From: a virus
Reading direction: 5' to 3' (one strand)
Length of the DNA stretch: 64,000 bases
IMG/VR virus record: IMGVR_UViG_3300050343_000117
Span: 32,001-96,000 of that record
Part shown: positions 8,577 to 18,536 of the stretch, piece by piece
How the letters are laid out: every line of letters begins with the position of its first letter
Numbering within the stretch: position 1 is the first letter of the stretch
The notes under the pieces: model-generated
What the model was told of the DNA's origin: nothing
What the model saw: only the letters and a program-made list of their open reading frames with translations
Databases searched by the model: none
Made by a program: the position numbers and the translations under genes

Positions 8577-9632
8577 GCAATTTCTACGCTCTGTGCTTCA
8601 ATCATTAGTTCAGATACTACGTCGGTGATTCTTTCCTTATCTAAATCAGTCTCGACCTCTTGTATGTAATTATAGATTAAAGTTTCCGTGTCGTCAACCC
8701 TTAAATCCTCATCTGAGACATTTTCACCACGAAATTCTTTAAAATCTTCGGCAATCTTGAGCTCATGAATCTTCTGTCGCTGGATTCTCTCGACATATCT
8801 TTCAAACTTCTGCATATCTGAACGATTAGACACAATCAATTTGACAAACTTACCATCTAGATATGAGAGGATCCTCGAAGAAATTAATGGTGTTCTCATC
8901 ATAATAAATCTTATGAAACAGTGTGACCGTGTTCTGAATAGGCATCATCTCACGAGTCTCTGTATCAAAGACATGGAAGAACTTTCTATCATGTGCATCG
9001 TTCCAGAAGAATTCCATCTGTGCGCCAAGATAATGGATGTTACCTTTACTTGACTTAGTGTGGAAGTGTCCAGACAGCACGGTCTCGAAGCGTTGTAGAG
9101 GTTTAGGGTCCATACCCTCTTTACATACTAAACCCTTGTCCATTTCAAACCCTGCGAGTTCGAAGTGACCACCAATGACATCTGCACCACAATTCTCTAG
9201 GAACTTCAAGCACTCTTTCTCATTCTCAGGGCATATCCAAGGGACAAGACCAAACTTGACACCGCCATAATCACGCACAATAGGGTCCATGAGAATGTCC
9301 ACCTCATTGATATAGTGACCCATCAACTCCTTGAGAGAGTTCAACTCGATAGTGTTTTTGAAATAAACGTCGTGGTTGCCAGGAATGATATCCATGTGAA
9401 TATTATACTCACGGAGTTTATCCAAGAATATCTGGCGGTTGTGGTTCAACGCTTTGAGGTTGATAGTCTTACGGTTATCATAGTAGTCACCCAGATGTAA
9501 AATCTGAGTAATACCATTTTGTTTCAAATAAGGAAAGAACACCTCACTGTAGAAGCGTTCTTGGTAATCCATAAAGATATCCGAAGAATTACGACATCCG
9601 CAGTGGGTGTCGTTAAGTATTGCTATTTTCAT
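8573..9632 (-). CDS. 47: Recombination endonuclease nuclease subunit gp47 (Mre11/SbcD-like); frameshift near 8870
   Basis: 'MKIAILNDTHCG', 'LGDYYDNR', 'GNHD', 'SGHFH'; C-terminus continues in ORF 8573..8902. Confidence 0.95.
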
Positions 9633-9662
9633 AAATGACTCAACTCAATTTATATGACGACT

Positions 9663-9691
9663 ATTATACTACAAAAAAAGGTGTCTGTCAA
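9663..9691 (-). promoter_or_regulatory. Consensus sigma70-type promoter for gp47/46
   Basis: TTGACA(GAC)-N17-TATAAT. Confidence 0.85.
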
Positions 9692-9693
9692 GT

Positions 9694-9816
9694 TTAATCT
9701 GAAAATCTTCCGTCTTTTATGAGGTGGTGTAGTCGGTGTGTGAAGATAGTCCACAGCAAACAAAATAGGGAATCCTCTTTGTAGGTTCCTGCTTTGCACT
9801 CATAAGTCCACATCAT
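9694..9816 (-). CDS. Small hypothetical protein (~40 aa), fused to gp55 in the ORF track by an apparent indel
   Basis: 'MMWTYECKAGTYKEDSLFCLLWTIFTHRLHHLIKDGRFSD'; ATG overlaps the corrected gp55 stop. Confidence 0.45.
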   Translation of the reverse strand: MMWTYECKAGTYKEDSLFCLLWTIFTHRLHHLIKDGRFSD

Positions 9817-10404
9817 TCTATAAAGTCCGATAGGTCTGAGTCTACGTATACAGCACGTTTCTTTCTTTGCTTTTTCTTCTTTCACGTATTCTTTGAATTC
9901 TGAGTCTGCACTCTTTACTACATCAATACGTTGTCTGAGAGTGTCAACAAAGGGAGATGATTGTTGCTGATATACACCATCCTCATTGTCACCATCCATG
10001 AATGCGCTGATATCTGCCTCAGCAATATACTTCATTTTGATGTCTTGTTGTTTCTTTTCTTTTTGGATTCTCCGAAGAAAAGCATACCATGATATCTGTG
10101 TGAAGTATGAAAATGCATTAGGTTTACCGGATCGGGTAGCTGCTTCGATGTCATAATTCTCAATTGCTTTGAGACAATTCTCGACAGCATCCATAACCAT
10201 CTCTTCCCGATAAGTATATCGGACAAAGTTTGCTCTGTGAGAAAGGCCTTCTGCGATCTTTAGAAAACATGTAGCAATATAATTAGTTACTACAGGATGA
10301 TCCTTACCGTTTTCTTTTGCTTCTTTTACAGTGGTACAATATTCGACAACTGCATTTGAGAAGTCTTTGTTACTTACGTAGTGCGGTTTTTCTTTAGGCT
10401 TCAT
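9813..10404 (-). CDS. 55: Late-transcription sigma factor gp55
   Basis: 'HYVSNKDF...CFLKIAEGLSHRANFVRYTYREEMVMDAVENCL...NAFSYFTQISWYAFLRRIQKEKKQ'; true C-terminus '...DSDLSDFIE*' lies in a shifted frame. Confidence 0.95.
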
Positions 10405-10432
10405 AATATATAACTCGTTTAATTTAGTACGT

Positions 10433-10461
10433 ATTATACCAAAATATTACTGGTCTGTCAA
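10433..10461 (-). promoter_or_regulatory. Consensus sigma70-type promoter for gp55
   Basis: TTGACA(GAC)-N17-TATAAT. Confidence 0.85.
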
Positions 10462-10896
10462 TCGGTTACTATCAACTACTCTATTTCTTAGGTCGCTAGA
10501 TGAGAACCTATGAGACCTTTCATTGAAGTATAACTGTATGCCGCGTTTACGACAAATATCCTTTCCTGTAAAATCTAAATCTCGATACTCTTCACCCATG
10601 ATACGCAAGTCTATTTGGTACATGGCAAGAATATCTTCTAAGTCTTGTTCAGTTACATAAGGGATGATTTCATCAACATAGCCCACAGCATTCAACTGAG
10701 TGTATCTCTCGACAATAGATTGTACAGGGGGGTTTTTAAAAGATCGGTCTAATGAGGGGTCTACTTGTAATCCACATATGAGATAGTCACAGTGTGCTTT
10801 CGCATCTCGTAACATAGCGACATGACCCGCATGAAGAAGGTCGAATGACGAACATGTAAATCCAATTACCATTAATTTCTCACTTGCCCTTGACAT
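10447..10896 (-). CDS. Cytidylyltransferase (TagD / glycerol-3-phosphate CTase-like)
   Basis: 'GFTCSSFDLLHAGHV' (HxGH motif), 'CDYLICGLQVDP', 'YVDEIIPY', 'RFSSSDLR'. Confidence 0.88.
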   Translation of the reverse strand: MSRASEKLMVIGFTCSSFDLLHAGHVAMLRDAKAHCDYLICGLQVDPSLDRSFKNPPVQSIVERYTQLNAVGYVDEIIPYVTEQDLEDILAMYQIDLRIMGEEYRDLDFTGKDICRKRGIQLYFNERSHRFSSSDLRNRVVDSNRLTDQ

Positions 10897-10918
10897 ATCT
10901 CATTTTATAGTGTATAAT
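10890..10918 (+). promoter_or_regulatory. Perfect sigma70 consensus promoter on the plus (antisense) strand
   Basis: TTGACA-tatctcattttatagtg(17)-TATAAT. Confidence 0.6.
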
Positions 10919-10950
10919 CTAGCCTTGTCCCCGCCGGGTAATATAGCAGA

Positions 10951-11395
10951 TTAATTCATCAACATTCCGTCGACATCGGAGTCCAATTCTTCGTCTTCGG
11001 TTGATTCTTCCTTCATTTCATCTAACCAATCATCTAATGATTTAGGTTCTTCATCAAAATCATTTTCTAAAGACTTGAAACTCTTCTTCTTCAAGATAAT
11101 GAGCAAGTTCCTTAATAGCAGTCCGGTACTGTTGAACCATTTCTTTAGCAGGAACCGCAAGAGACATAATTTTATCAGTAAATATTAAAATACAATTGGT
11201 TGGAGTATCTTGATATACCATGTATGTCTTAAACGTGAAGAATTTTTCACCATTCTTCAGTGTGTTCTGCATCAAACTCATTGCGTTATTAACTACAATA
11301 GACTCTGGGGCCTCATCTAATACTTCACAGATAAGTTCCTCACCCGTTATTAATTTCAAATGTCTAACCGAAGAACTCATCTTCATCATTATCAT
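10951..11395 (-). CDS. Conserved T4-like hypothetical (Sm-like fold) downstream of uvsW; frameshift near 11070
   Basis: 'HLKLITGEELICEV' N-terminus; acidic C-terminus in the adjacent frame. Confidence 0.6.
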
Positions 11396-12898
11396 TCTAC
11401 TCTTATAGGTTTTAGGTCAATAGGGTAAATCTTATATTTAAACCCTTCTTTAGTATATATCTTTATTCTTTCGGCACTATGTTTCAAAGTAAAATTCTTA
11501 TGAGATTTGACATGGAGATCGTCAGCGATATCAATAAGCTTAGTAGTCCTACCATCGTCAGACTGGCGCAAGCCACGACCAATTGACTGGAGCACTTTAA
11601 CTTGAGATTTCGATGGAGTCGCAAATACAATATTATGCAAATTGCGGATGTTGATGCCAGTGCTGAAAGTGCCAAGAGAGGCAACAATAATAGCGTCATT
11701 TTCTTTTTCTACGATACCTCGTATCTGTTCACGATCAGTGGCATCCACCTCACCCGACACATAGAATACTTTGCGTCCTTCTGGTGAAAGATCCTTTGAT
11801 CATTTCATACAACACCTTTCCGTGTTTCTCTACAAACTGAAACATAACTAAGGTATTGCCCTTTTGATCCAACGCAATCTTACTTATAAACTTATTACGT
11901 GGTTCATATGTGACAATGTAATCAAGTTCATCTTGATACTTCTTGTCTTTCATCATGTTACATATATCATTGTGGTACCGCAATAACAGATATTGAGATA
12001 TCCAACTCTGCAAGTTCTTTTGTTCTTCTGTAAGTTCCACGGTGCGTGTCACCGTAAACGTCGGACCAAATAAACCTTCTAGCACCAGTTTGTTTGTTTC
12101 AGTACCATCCAGAGTACCTGTGAGACCAAATCTGTATTTGTGCTTCTGTGCACTTGTCCATCATAGTGGACAATGACTTTGCTTTGAAAAGATGTACTTC
12201 ATCACCAAAGATAGTGTCGAACTGTGCTCGAACCATTCTTTACCGAACTTGTAGATTGATTGCCATGTAGAAATTATGACACGCGTTTGTCCGTAACCTT
12301 TTCTTTACCGGAGTAGATCTTATGGCAGAACTCATCGACATCGTACCCATAGTCTGCAAAGTCTTTGTACATCTGTTCCACTAAAGAAGTAGTAGGGACT
12401 ACAACCAGAATTTTCCCGTCAGTGACCTCATAGCAGTACCGAAGCAAGTTATAAATGATAAATGATTTCCCGCTACCAGTAGGACTAAGTAGTATACAGC
12501 GTCGATGCTCAACTCCGTGAGAAATAGCTCTGTACTGATAGTCCCTAGGCTTGAAGGGAGCATCAAGAACAGATAAAAACTCAACCAGAGCAGGGTGATC
12601 GATGTCGTCTCTAAACGACGGTATTCCATAGATTTCATGTTCGAGTATCTCAAGTTGATAAAAACGATCCGCACAAAAACGACGTAGGTGTTGATATAAA
12701 CCTACGTTCATTTGTTTAGACACCATATTGTAAAGTTTTACTTTACCGTCCCAGTGCCTAGACTTGTACGCTGGCATAAACTTGTAGCCAGGTACAAAGA
12801 AGGAGAAGTACTCCCTCAATTCATTTTCTTGTGCTGGATGTGCCTCTACCATAAAGTGGGAATGGTCTTTCATCCGTGATTCGTATCTTATTATCCAC
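11392..12898 (-). CDS. uvsW: DNA helicase UvsW (several frameshifts)
   Basis: 'FSFFVPGYKFMPAYK...WDGK', 'PRDYQ', 'SPTGSGKS', 'FSTGINIRNLHN', 'LQSIGRGLR' across ORF fragments. Confidence 0.93.
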
Positions 12899-13338
12899 CG
12901 GCTTCGAACTTTCTCCAATCAATCATGTTCTTGATGGTCTGGTGTCTCCACTTCAAAGTGTCAACAATTTGCACCAAGGTATCTATCAGAGTCTTATGGT
13001 ATAAAACCTTTTCCTCAGACTTCTGAATTTCTGGGTCACTATCGTAGTAGTAATCCATCTCACCTTTCAATATTCGTAGTCCACCAAATGGGTCTAAGTC
13101 CCAACCCTTCTCACGAAGAGTCTGTTCGTCCATCTTCCCATTATAGTACAACCACTTATCTTTCAATAATGTTTTCTGGTTGTTCTCAGCACGTTTCAAT
13201 TGCAATTTTGCAAGAGCAAGATACTGTAAGTACTTTGCATGTAACTTAGGTGTCTGCCGCGACACCTCATCTAACTGGTGTTGCGGTATATTACTGTCCT
13301 CATCCCATTCGGAATAGGACACTCTCCAAATCAATCAT
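12891..13338 (-). CDS. uvsY: Recombination mediator UvsY
   Basis: 'TPKLHAKYL...KWLYYNGK...IKNMIDWRKFEAGG'; 5' end frameshifted. Confidence 0.9.
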
Positions 13339-13375
13339 ATAGAAACCTTAATCATATAAGGTATATAGTATAACA

Positions 13376-14021
13376 CTAAGTCGTTATAAAGTCAACACAA
13401 TCTTGCCAATAATCTTCGTCATGACCTAGCACATAACTCAAGGTCATCCTGTAACAGTTGGTCCTTGCGGCATGGTAGACCACATCACCAGAACCATATG
13501 CGCCAAAGTGTCCCGCCTTTAGATTCCAACCTTGTTCGTCCTGAACAGTGATGACTTCTTGGGTCTTTGGGTCTACATATTTAAACCACCCATCTCCTCT
13601 TTCTGACCAAGTAAAGATGAGGTTATATGCGGAGGCGTTTGCATTATTATGCCAACCGATAAACCCTTGGGGTGGGTATAGCGTGGAAAGGGCACTATGT
13701 TGTACACCCAGTTCTTCGGTCAAAGACGCATTTAAATTATGCCAAGTCTTTGCGTACTCTTCTGGGTGTGTACCCTTGTAGTGGTCGGGTTTGATAGGAT
13801 AACATACCGAAGTGGATGCGGCACCGTCATGGTTTTCTCCCATGTCGATGATTCTCCACATTTCATCTTCACCAGTATAGTGATCCGCCATACCCTCCAT
13901 CTCCGGAAACATGCATCGATTGGTTTCCTCCGGTTGATATAGTTCACGGTAAGTATACCGGAAGTCTTCGAGAATACTCAAAACACCCGCATTCTTGATT
14001 TGAGTATTTCTTGAGGCTCAT
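13376..14021 (-). CDS. Uncharacterised double-stranded beta-helix / 2OG-oxygenase-like protein (H-N-N variant), paralog 1
   Basis: 'YPPQGFIGWHNNANA...VVYHAA...YRMTLSY'; clear paralog of 40714..41421; ATG overlaps the gp3 stop, with one indel near 13997. Confidence 0.6.
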
Positions 14022-14485
14022 GACAGAACAAATTCACTAAATCTGAATCCCGCATCAAAGTTAACATAGGTGACATCACCAGTTGTTGATGCTAGCTCAA
14101 CTGACCCCAATGATGTAGGAATGCAGTTTTTATATAGTATTTGTGCACAGAAGTTATTATGACTAGTTAACACAATGACTCGAATATCGTGGTATGGATC
14201 TCCTTCTCCATATACGGAACCCTCCAACCACTTCTGCATTTCTTTGTATGCGGTTAAGTCTTCGTCTAGTATTAGTGTCAACGTTAATTCACCATAATCA
14301 ATAGAGTCGCCGGGAACAGGTAATCCACCCGAAAGTCTTGGATTAGCCATAACAGCAGCACCCACTGTAGAGCCTGGATGTTGTACCGACTGCGCAAAGA
14401 ACTCTAAGTTACCATAGTTTTCTCGTTCGATGACAACACGGAATCCGGTAGGTTGCAAGAAGTTTTTATTTTCTGTAAGTGCCAT
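14018..14485 (-). CDS. 3: Tail tube terminator / tail completion protein (gp3-like)
   Basis: 'NFLQPTGFR...FFAQSVQHPG...PGDSIDYGELTL...DEDLTAYKEMQKW...PTSLG'. Confidence 0.82.
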   Translation of the reverse strand: MALTENKNFLQPTGFRVVIERENYGNLEFFAQSVQHPGSTVGAAVMANPRLSGGLPVPGDSIDYGELTLTLILDEDLTAYKEMQKWLEGSVYGEGDPYHDIRVIVLTSHNNFCAQILYKNCIPTSLGSVELASTTGDVTYVNFDAGFRFSEFVLS

Positions 14486-14507
14486 AATATGTCCTCTGTA
14501 TGCATCT

Positions 14508-14515
14508 TATTTATA
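14508..14515 (-). promoter_or_regulatory. T4-type late promoter (gp3)
   Basis: TATAAATA ~22 nt upstream of the ATG. Confidence 0.8.
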
Positions 14516-14549
14516 CAGGTTGATAAGTGCCTTCCTTGGCGATCTTACT

Positions 14550-14756
14550 CTATTCCTCTTCTGGTGAAGTTGCATCTGTGCCAGTCTTGTCTGCAACATC
14601 TTTAATCAAATTAGATGTTACATCCAACACACCTGCGGTCACACCAAAGACATCGGAACCGACACCTTTAATAACACCACCAGTACCGTCAATGGTTGCA
14701 TCGACAGTTGAGCAAGCAGATAAAACTAATGCGAATGCAATTGCAATAAAACGCAT
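14550..14756 (-). CDS. Small lipoprotein (entericidin-like)
   Basis: Signal peptide with lipobox 'LSAC', followed by an amphipathic Gly-rich helix; SD CAGGAG. Confidence 0.7.
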   Translation of the reverse strand: MRFIAIAFALVLSACSTVDATIDGTGGVIKGVGSDVFGVTAGVLDVTSNLIKDVADKTGTDATSPEEE

Positions 14757-14857
14757 AGTATTCTCCTGTTTTCTAGATTACTGGATGACCAGATTCCGAA
14801 CGCTTACCCATATAGGGCATCCCCCCACTGTTACTTTGTTCAGTTCTTGAACACAGT

Positions 14858-14865
14858 TATTTATA
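14858..14865 (-). promoter_or_regulatory. T4-type late promoter (lipoprotein gene)
   Basis: TATAAATA just downstream of the gp23 terminator. Confidence 0.75.
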
Positions 14866-14867
14866 TA

Positions 14868-14896
14868 CAAAAAAAAGGGAGCCCGAAGACTCCCTA
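14868..14896 (-). terminator. Rho-independent terminator after gp23
   Basis: AGGGAGTC-TTCG-GGCTCCCT followed by a T-tract (UUCG tetraloop). Confidence 0.9.
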
Positions 14897-14941
14897 AAAA
14901 CGACTAGTAAACTAGTTCTAATTTTTATATGTTACTTAGAC

Positions 14942-16273
14942 TTACGATGTTACCATCAAGTTGTCTACGCGCATGATGCGGTAGTACGTGTTCTTACCAG
15001 CAGAACTCTGTACACCTGCTCCACCGTTAGCATCTGTAACGAATGGGTTTGCAGCCATGCCGTAACGAGTCTTGAAACCAATCTTAGGTTGGAAATCATT
15101 CTCGCCAACTGCCTTGACCATCTGTAGTGGTACGTATGGGCAGTAGAATACACCAGCGTCATAAGCGTTAGAACCCTTATATCCGACAGTAATGTAATCG
15201 ATTGATGCATATGGATCGATGTAAACTTTCATCTTACCGTTTAGAGTACCAGCAAAAGTATTACCAGTATCATCTACAGAAAGACCAGCGCCTACTTGAT
15301 AGTCCAACTGACCAGAAGCAGCAAGTGCAGTAGCAACGTCTGAAGAACAGATTACGATGTTACCCTTACCACGACGAGTTGACTTAGCAATCTCGTTCGC
15401 TTCACGATCTAATTGAATTACTAGACCTTTGAACTTCTCTGCTGACCATCGTCCGTCTGCATCAGCAGTTAGATCGAATACGCCTTTAGCAGCGATTGAT
15501 GCTTGTTGTGCACCTAGAACAGCTTGAGTGTTTACTGTACGAATCACTTCACGGTTGATTTCCGCTAGGATTTCAGTTGAAAGAATGTTCGCTAGTTCTG
15601 TTTCTGCGTCAAGACCGTGGATTGCTTTCAAGTCTTGTGCAAGTTCTAGAGAGTACTCTGCCTTCAATGCACGTGACTTAGCAACAACAGATTGCTTCTC
15701 GATTGAGAAACCCATTTCTGCGAAGTCTGGACCAGTGTTACCTAGAGATTCAGCAACAGAAGTGTTCATTGGTCGACCAGCAGCATCTAGTTCACGAGTT
15801 GATGCAGGGTCTAGGTCAGCTGGATTGAATCCAGACATACCTGATGAATCACTAGTCTGTGATGAACCAGTAGAACCAGAGAATGCTGAGTTTGGTTCGT
15901 TTAGACCTAGAGCTTCGTCACCAATCTGTGTATCGTAGTGCGACTTCATAGCAAAGATAAGACCAGTAGGTCCTGACATTGGCTGTACACCACATACGTC
16001 ATATGCCATTAGGTTTGGCATCGCACGACGTACTAGGGAAATCATTACTGGGTCCCAGTTACCGATTGGTGCAGCACCACCGTTCTGTGCGTTAGTTGGA
16101 GTTTCAGTTAGGAAACCAGCAGATGCAGCACGCTCTTCCATCATTGCTTTTTCTTGGTTTTCTAGGATTGCAGCAGTTACCGCTTTGCGGTGATGATCTT
16201 GGATCTTACCAGCAGATTCTTCATTTAGTACTGGTGACCACTTCTCGATCAATTGATCGTATGAATTGTTCAT
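14942..16273 (-). CDS. 23: Major capsid protein gp23
   Basis: 'LVRRAMPNLMAYDVCGVQPMSGPTGLIFAM', 'KSRALKAEYSLELAQDLKAIHGLDAE', 'FQPKIGFKTRYG'. Confidence 0.99.
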   Translation of the reverse strand: MNNSYDQLIEKWSPVLNEESAGKIQDHHRKAVTAAILENQEKAMMEERAASAGFLTETPTNAQNGGAAPIGNWDPVMISLVRRAMPNLMAYDVCGVQPMSGPTGLIFAMKSHYDTQIGDEALGLNEPNSAFSGSTGSSQTSDSSGMSGFNPADLDPASTRELDAAGRPMNTSVAESLGNTGPDFAEMGFSIEKQSVVAKSRALKAEYSLELAQDLKAIHGLDAETELANILSTEILAEINREVIRTVNTQAVLGAQQASIAAKGVFDLTADADGRWSAEKFKGLVIQLDREANEIAKSTRRGKGNIVICSSDVATALAASGQLDYQVGAGLSVDDTGNTFAGTLNGKMKVYIDPYASIDYITVGYKGSNAYDAGVFYCPYVPLQMVKAVGENDFQPKIGFKTRYGMAANPFVTDANGGAGVQSSAGKNTYYRIMRVDNLMVTS

Positions 16274-16285
16274 TTTTCTAATTCC

Positions 16286-17335
16286 TTATTTCTTAGAGGT
16301 TTTACGCAGAGCAGTAATGTAACCTTCCATCATAGAAGATACTTCAACTTCTTCTTCAGCTTCTTCTGAAACTGATTCTTCGATTTGCTCTGGGATTTCT
16401 TTTGAGAAGTATGACTCTTTGACAGTGTTTACTTTAGTTGTGAATGTTTCTTCACTATCAAAGTCTACGCTTTCTAGAAGGTCTTTTAACTTCTCCGCTT
16501 GAGTGTCTGCTAGGTCACGAGTTGCTTCAGCGATGATTGACTCACGCTTGTAAGTTTCTAGTTCTCCAGCAAGTGAAATTGCGTCACCAGTAGTAGCGTT
16601 CAAACGCTCTTCTAATTCTTCTACTTGTGATGCTAGATCGTCAACTAGGTCTACCTTAGACTCTGGGACTTCAATGTAAGACTCTACAAATACGTCTTTC
16701 ATTTTTGCCATGAACCCTTCAGCGATTTCGGTACGTAGACCGGATTGGATCGCTAACTTGTTCTCTTCCATCCAAGATTCAACAACATAGTTTAGGTAAG
16801 AATCGACTTTACCGACTAGGTCAGTTTTAATCGAATCGACTTCTTCAGCAAGTTCTTCAGTGTATTGCTCTTCAAGACGCGAAACTTCTTCAGACAGCTT
16901 TGACTTAACTGCTGCTTCAAAAATTACCGATGTCTTTTCCTTGAACTCTTCTGATAGAGTTGCTTCACCTTCAACGATTGCAGCTAGTTCAGACTGAGTC
17001 TCAACTTGTTCTGCAACTAAGTCTTCTGCGTCAACACCTTCACAGACTTTGTCGTATGCTGCCATTAGATCGCTCTTCTTCATTTTAGAAGCGGTCATAT
17101 ACATTGCATTCAACATGCCTGCTTTAGTTTTCGGCTTAGGCGGGGTTGCCTTAGAAGTTGCGTCCGCTGCTTTGTCTACAGATGCAATTGATTCTGGTTC
17201 AGAAACTTCCTGACCATCACCTTTTGCGCCTTTAGCCGACGGAGCTTGTGCTTCTTCGAGAGTTTCCTCCACGATTTCGTTAGACTCAATCTCAGTATCG
17301 CGGATTTCACTTTCTACTTGATTTAAATCAGTCAT
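16286..17335 (-). CDS. 22: Prohead core scaffold gp22
   Basis: Acidic helical protein, 'LSEEFKEK..VIFEAAV', 'YLNYVVESWMEEN'; lies between 21 and 23. Confidence 0.93.
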   Translation of the reverse strand: MTDLNQVESEIRDTEIESNEIVEETLEEAQAPSAKGAKGDGQEVSEPESIASVDKAADATSKATPPKPKTKAGMLNAMYMTASKMKKSDLMAAYDKVCEGVDAEDLVAEQVETQSELAAIVEGEATLSEEFKEKTSVIFEAAVKSKLSEEVSRLEEQYTEELAEEVDSIKTDLVGKVDSYLNYVVESWMEENKLAIQSGLRTEIAEGFMAKMKDVFVESYIEVPESKVDLVDDLASQVEELEERLNATTGDAISLAGELETYKRESIIAEATRDLADTQAEKLKDLLESVDFDSEETFTTKVNTVKESYFSKEIPEQIEESVSEEAEEEVEVSSMMEGYITALRKTSKK

Positions 17336-17345
17336 AGTGACTCCT

Positions 17346-18005
17346 TTATGTTTTAGATTTGATTAACGAGAGGAAATTCTTAAACTCACGAATTTGCACT
17401 TCTGGACGATGTGCAATCGGCGCTTGCTTGATTTCAGTCTCTATCTCTTCAATGACTTGAGGTTGAAGTATACCATTATTCCATACCCAGTCAACACCTT
17501 CCATAATCCCATTAACGAAAGCTTCAGGTGCACTAGGGTCCTGTACAATATCTACAGTATTCAGAATAAAGTCTTCTTTGACGTACATAATGCCGCCTTT
17601 ACTCTCAAGACTTCCCATACCACGAGTTGACACTCCTAATTGAACACCACCCTCTAAGAGACCTTTTACGATCTTTCCCATAGGGGTATCTAATATTTGT
17701 GCCTTTCCGACCACATCATTTCCCTCAAGTTTGAGGTCTGTGATGAGATGCGAAACTTTATCCAAGTTAACGGTTGGTCCTTCAGGGTGATTGAGTTCCC
17801 CTACAGCACGTTTCTTGCTAACTTGGTCTTCAACGTATTTATTTACCGCATTCTCCATAATGGCCTTTGGGTAAATACGTCCGTTACGATTCTTTTTGTC
17901 TGCTTGCGCAAATACACCTTCAATGACGAAATTTTTCTCACCATTCTCTTTAGCTTCGACGATACACTGAACGTCGTTTTCTACGTATTCGCTAATCAGT
18001 TTCAT
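17346..18005 (-). CDS. 21: Prohead protease gp21
   Basis: 'NRNGRIYP', 'GELNHP', 'GVSTRGMGSL', 'DIVQDPSAPEAFV'. Confidence 0.97.
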   Translation of the reverse strand: MKLISEYVENDVQCIVEAKENGEKNFVIEGVFAQADKKNRNGRIYPKAIMENAVNKYVEDQVSKKRAVGELNHPEGPTVNLDKVSHLITDLKLEGNDVVGKAQILDTPMGKIVKGLLEGGVQLGVSTRGMGSLESKGGIMYVKEDFILNTVDIVQDPSAPEAFVNGIMEGVDWVWNNGILQPQVIEEIETEIKQAPIAHRPEVQIREFKNFLSLIKSKT

Positions 18006-18006
18006 T

Positions 18007-18204
18007 TTATTTTCCTAAGTCTTTGAGGACTTGTTTCGCGGTTGACTCCGCTTCTTTTTGTGACTTAAACGTATCGACAGAATCACCATCGATAGTTAGG
18101 TGAAATCCTTTCGCAGTTTTTGTGATAACAACAGGATACTTGGACATCTTCTTGTTGAAGACTACCTTGTCCTTTGATTCACGAATTTGTTGAAAAGTTT
18201 TCAC
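18007..18204 (-). CDS. Small prohead-region protein (gp68 position)
   Basis: 'MKTFQQIRE' start typical of T4-like head proteins; late promoter upstream. Confidence 0.55.
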   Translation of the reverse strand: MKTFQQIRESKDKVVFNKKMSKYPVVITKTAKGFHLTIDGDSVDTFKSQKEAESTAKQVLKDLGK

Positions 18205-18223
18205 AATAAGTCCCCTTTAGGAG

Positions 18224-18247
18224 TATTTATACAAAAAAATATTTATA
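18224..18247 (-). promoter_or_regulatory. Tandem T4-type late promoters
   Basis: TATAAATA at 18224-18231 and 18240-18247. Confidence 0.75.
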
Positions 18248-18255
18248 ACTGAAAT

Positions 18256-18534
18256 TTATTCAACTTCTGACTCAGATTCATAAGAATCATCTGCATCTAG
18301 GACAGCTTCGATCTCTGAATCATCGACATCCAGTTCTTCAGGTTCAACACCATTGAAGATTTGATCTGCAACAGCAACCTTCTCAGCATTAAGAGATTGT
18401 TGAACTTTATCGCCTAGGATATCGTTGAATAGACTTTCTGCGTTACTGAAACTTCCCGTCTGTAATGCATTGACAAAATCCAATGCTGGGTTCACTTCAA
18501 CTTCTTGTTCTATTGTTTGCTCTACTTCACTCAT
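18256..18534 (-). CDS. Acidic prohead core protein (gp67 position)
   Basis: Small acidic ORF directly downstream of the portal gene. Confidence 0.6.
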   Translation of the reverse strand: MSEVEQTIEQEVEVNPALDFVNALQTGSFSNAESLFNDILGDKVQQSLNAEKVAVADQIFNGVEPEELDVDDSEIEAVLDADDSYESESEVE

Positions 18535-18536
18535 TA

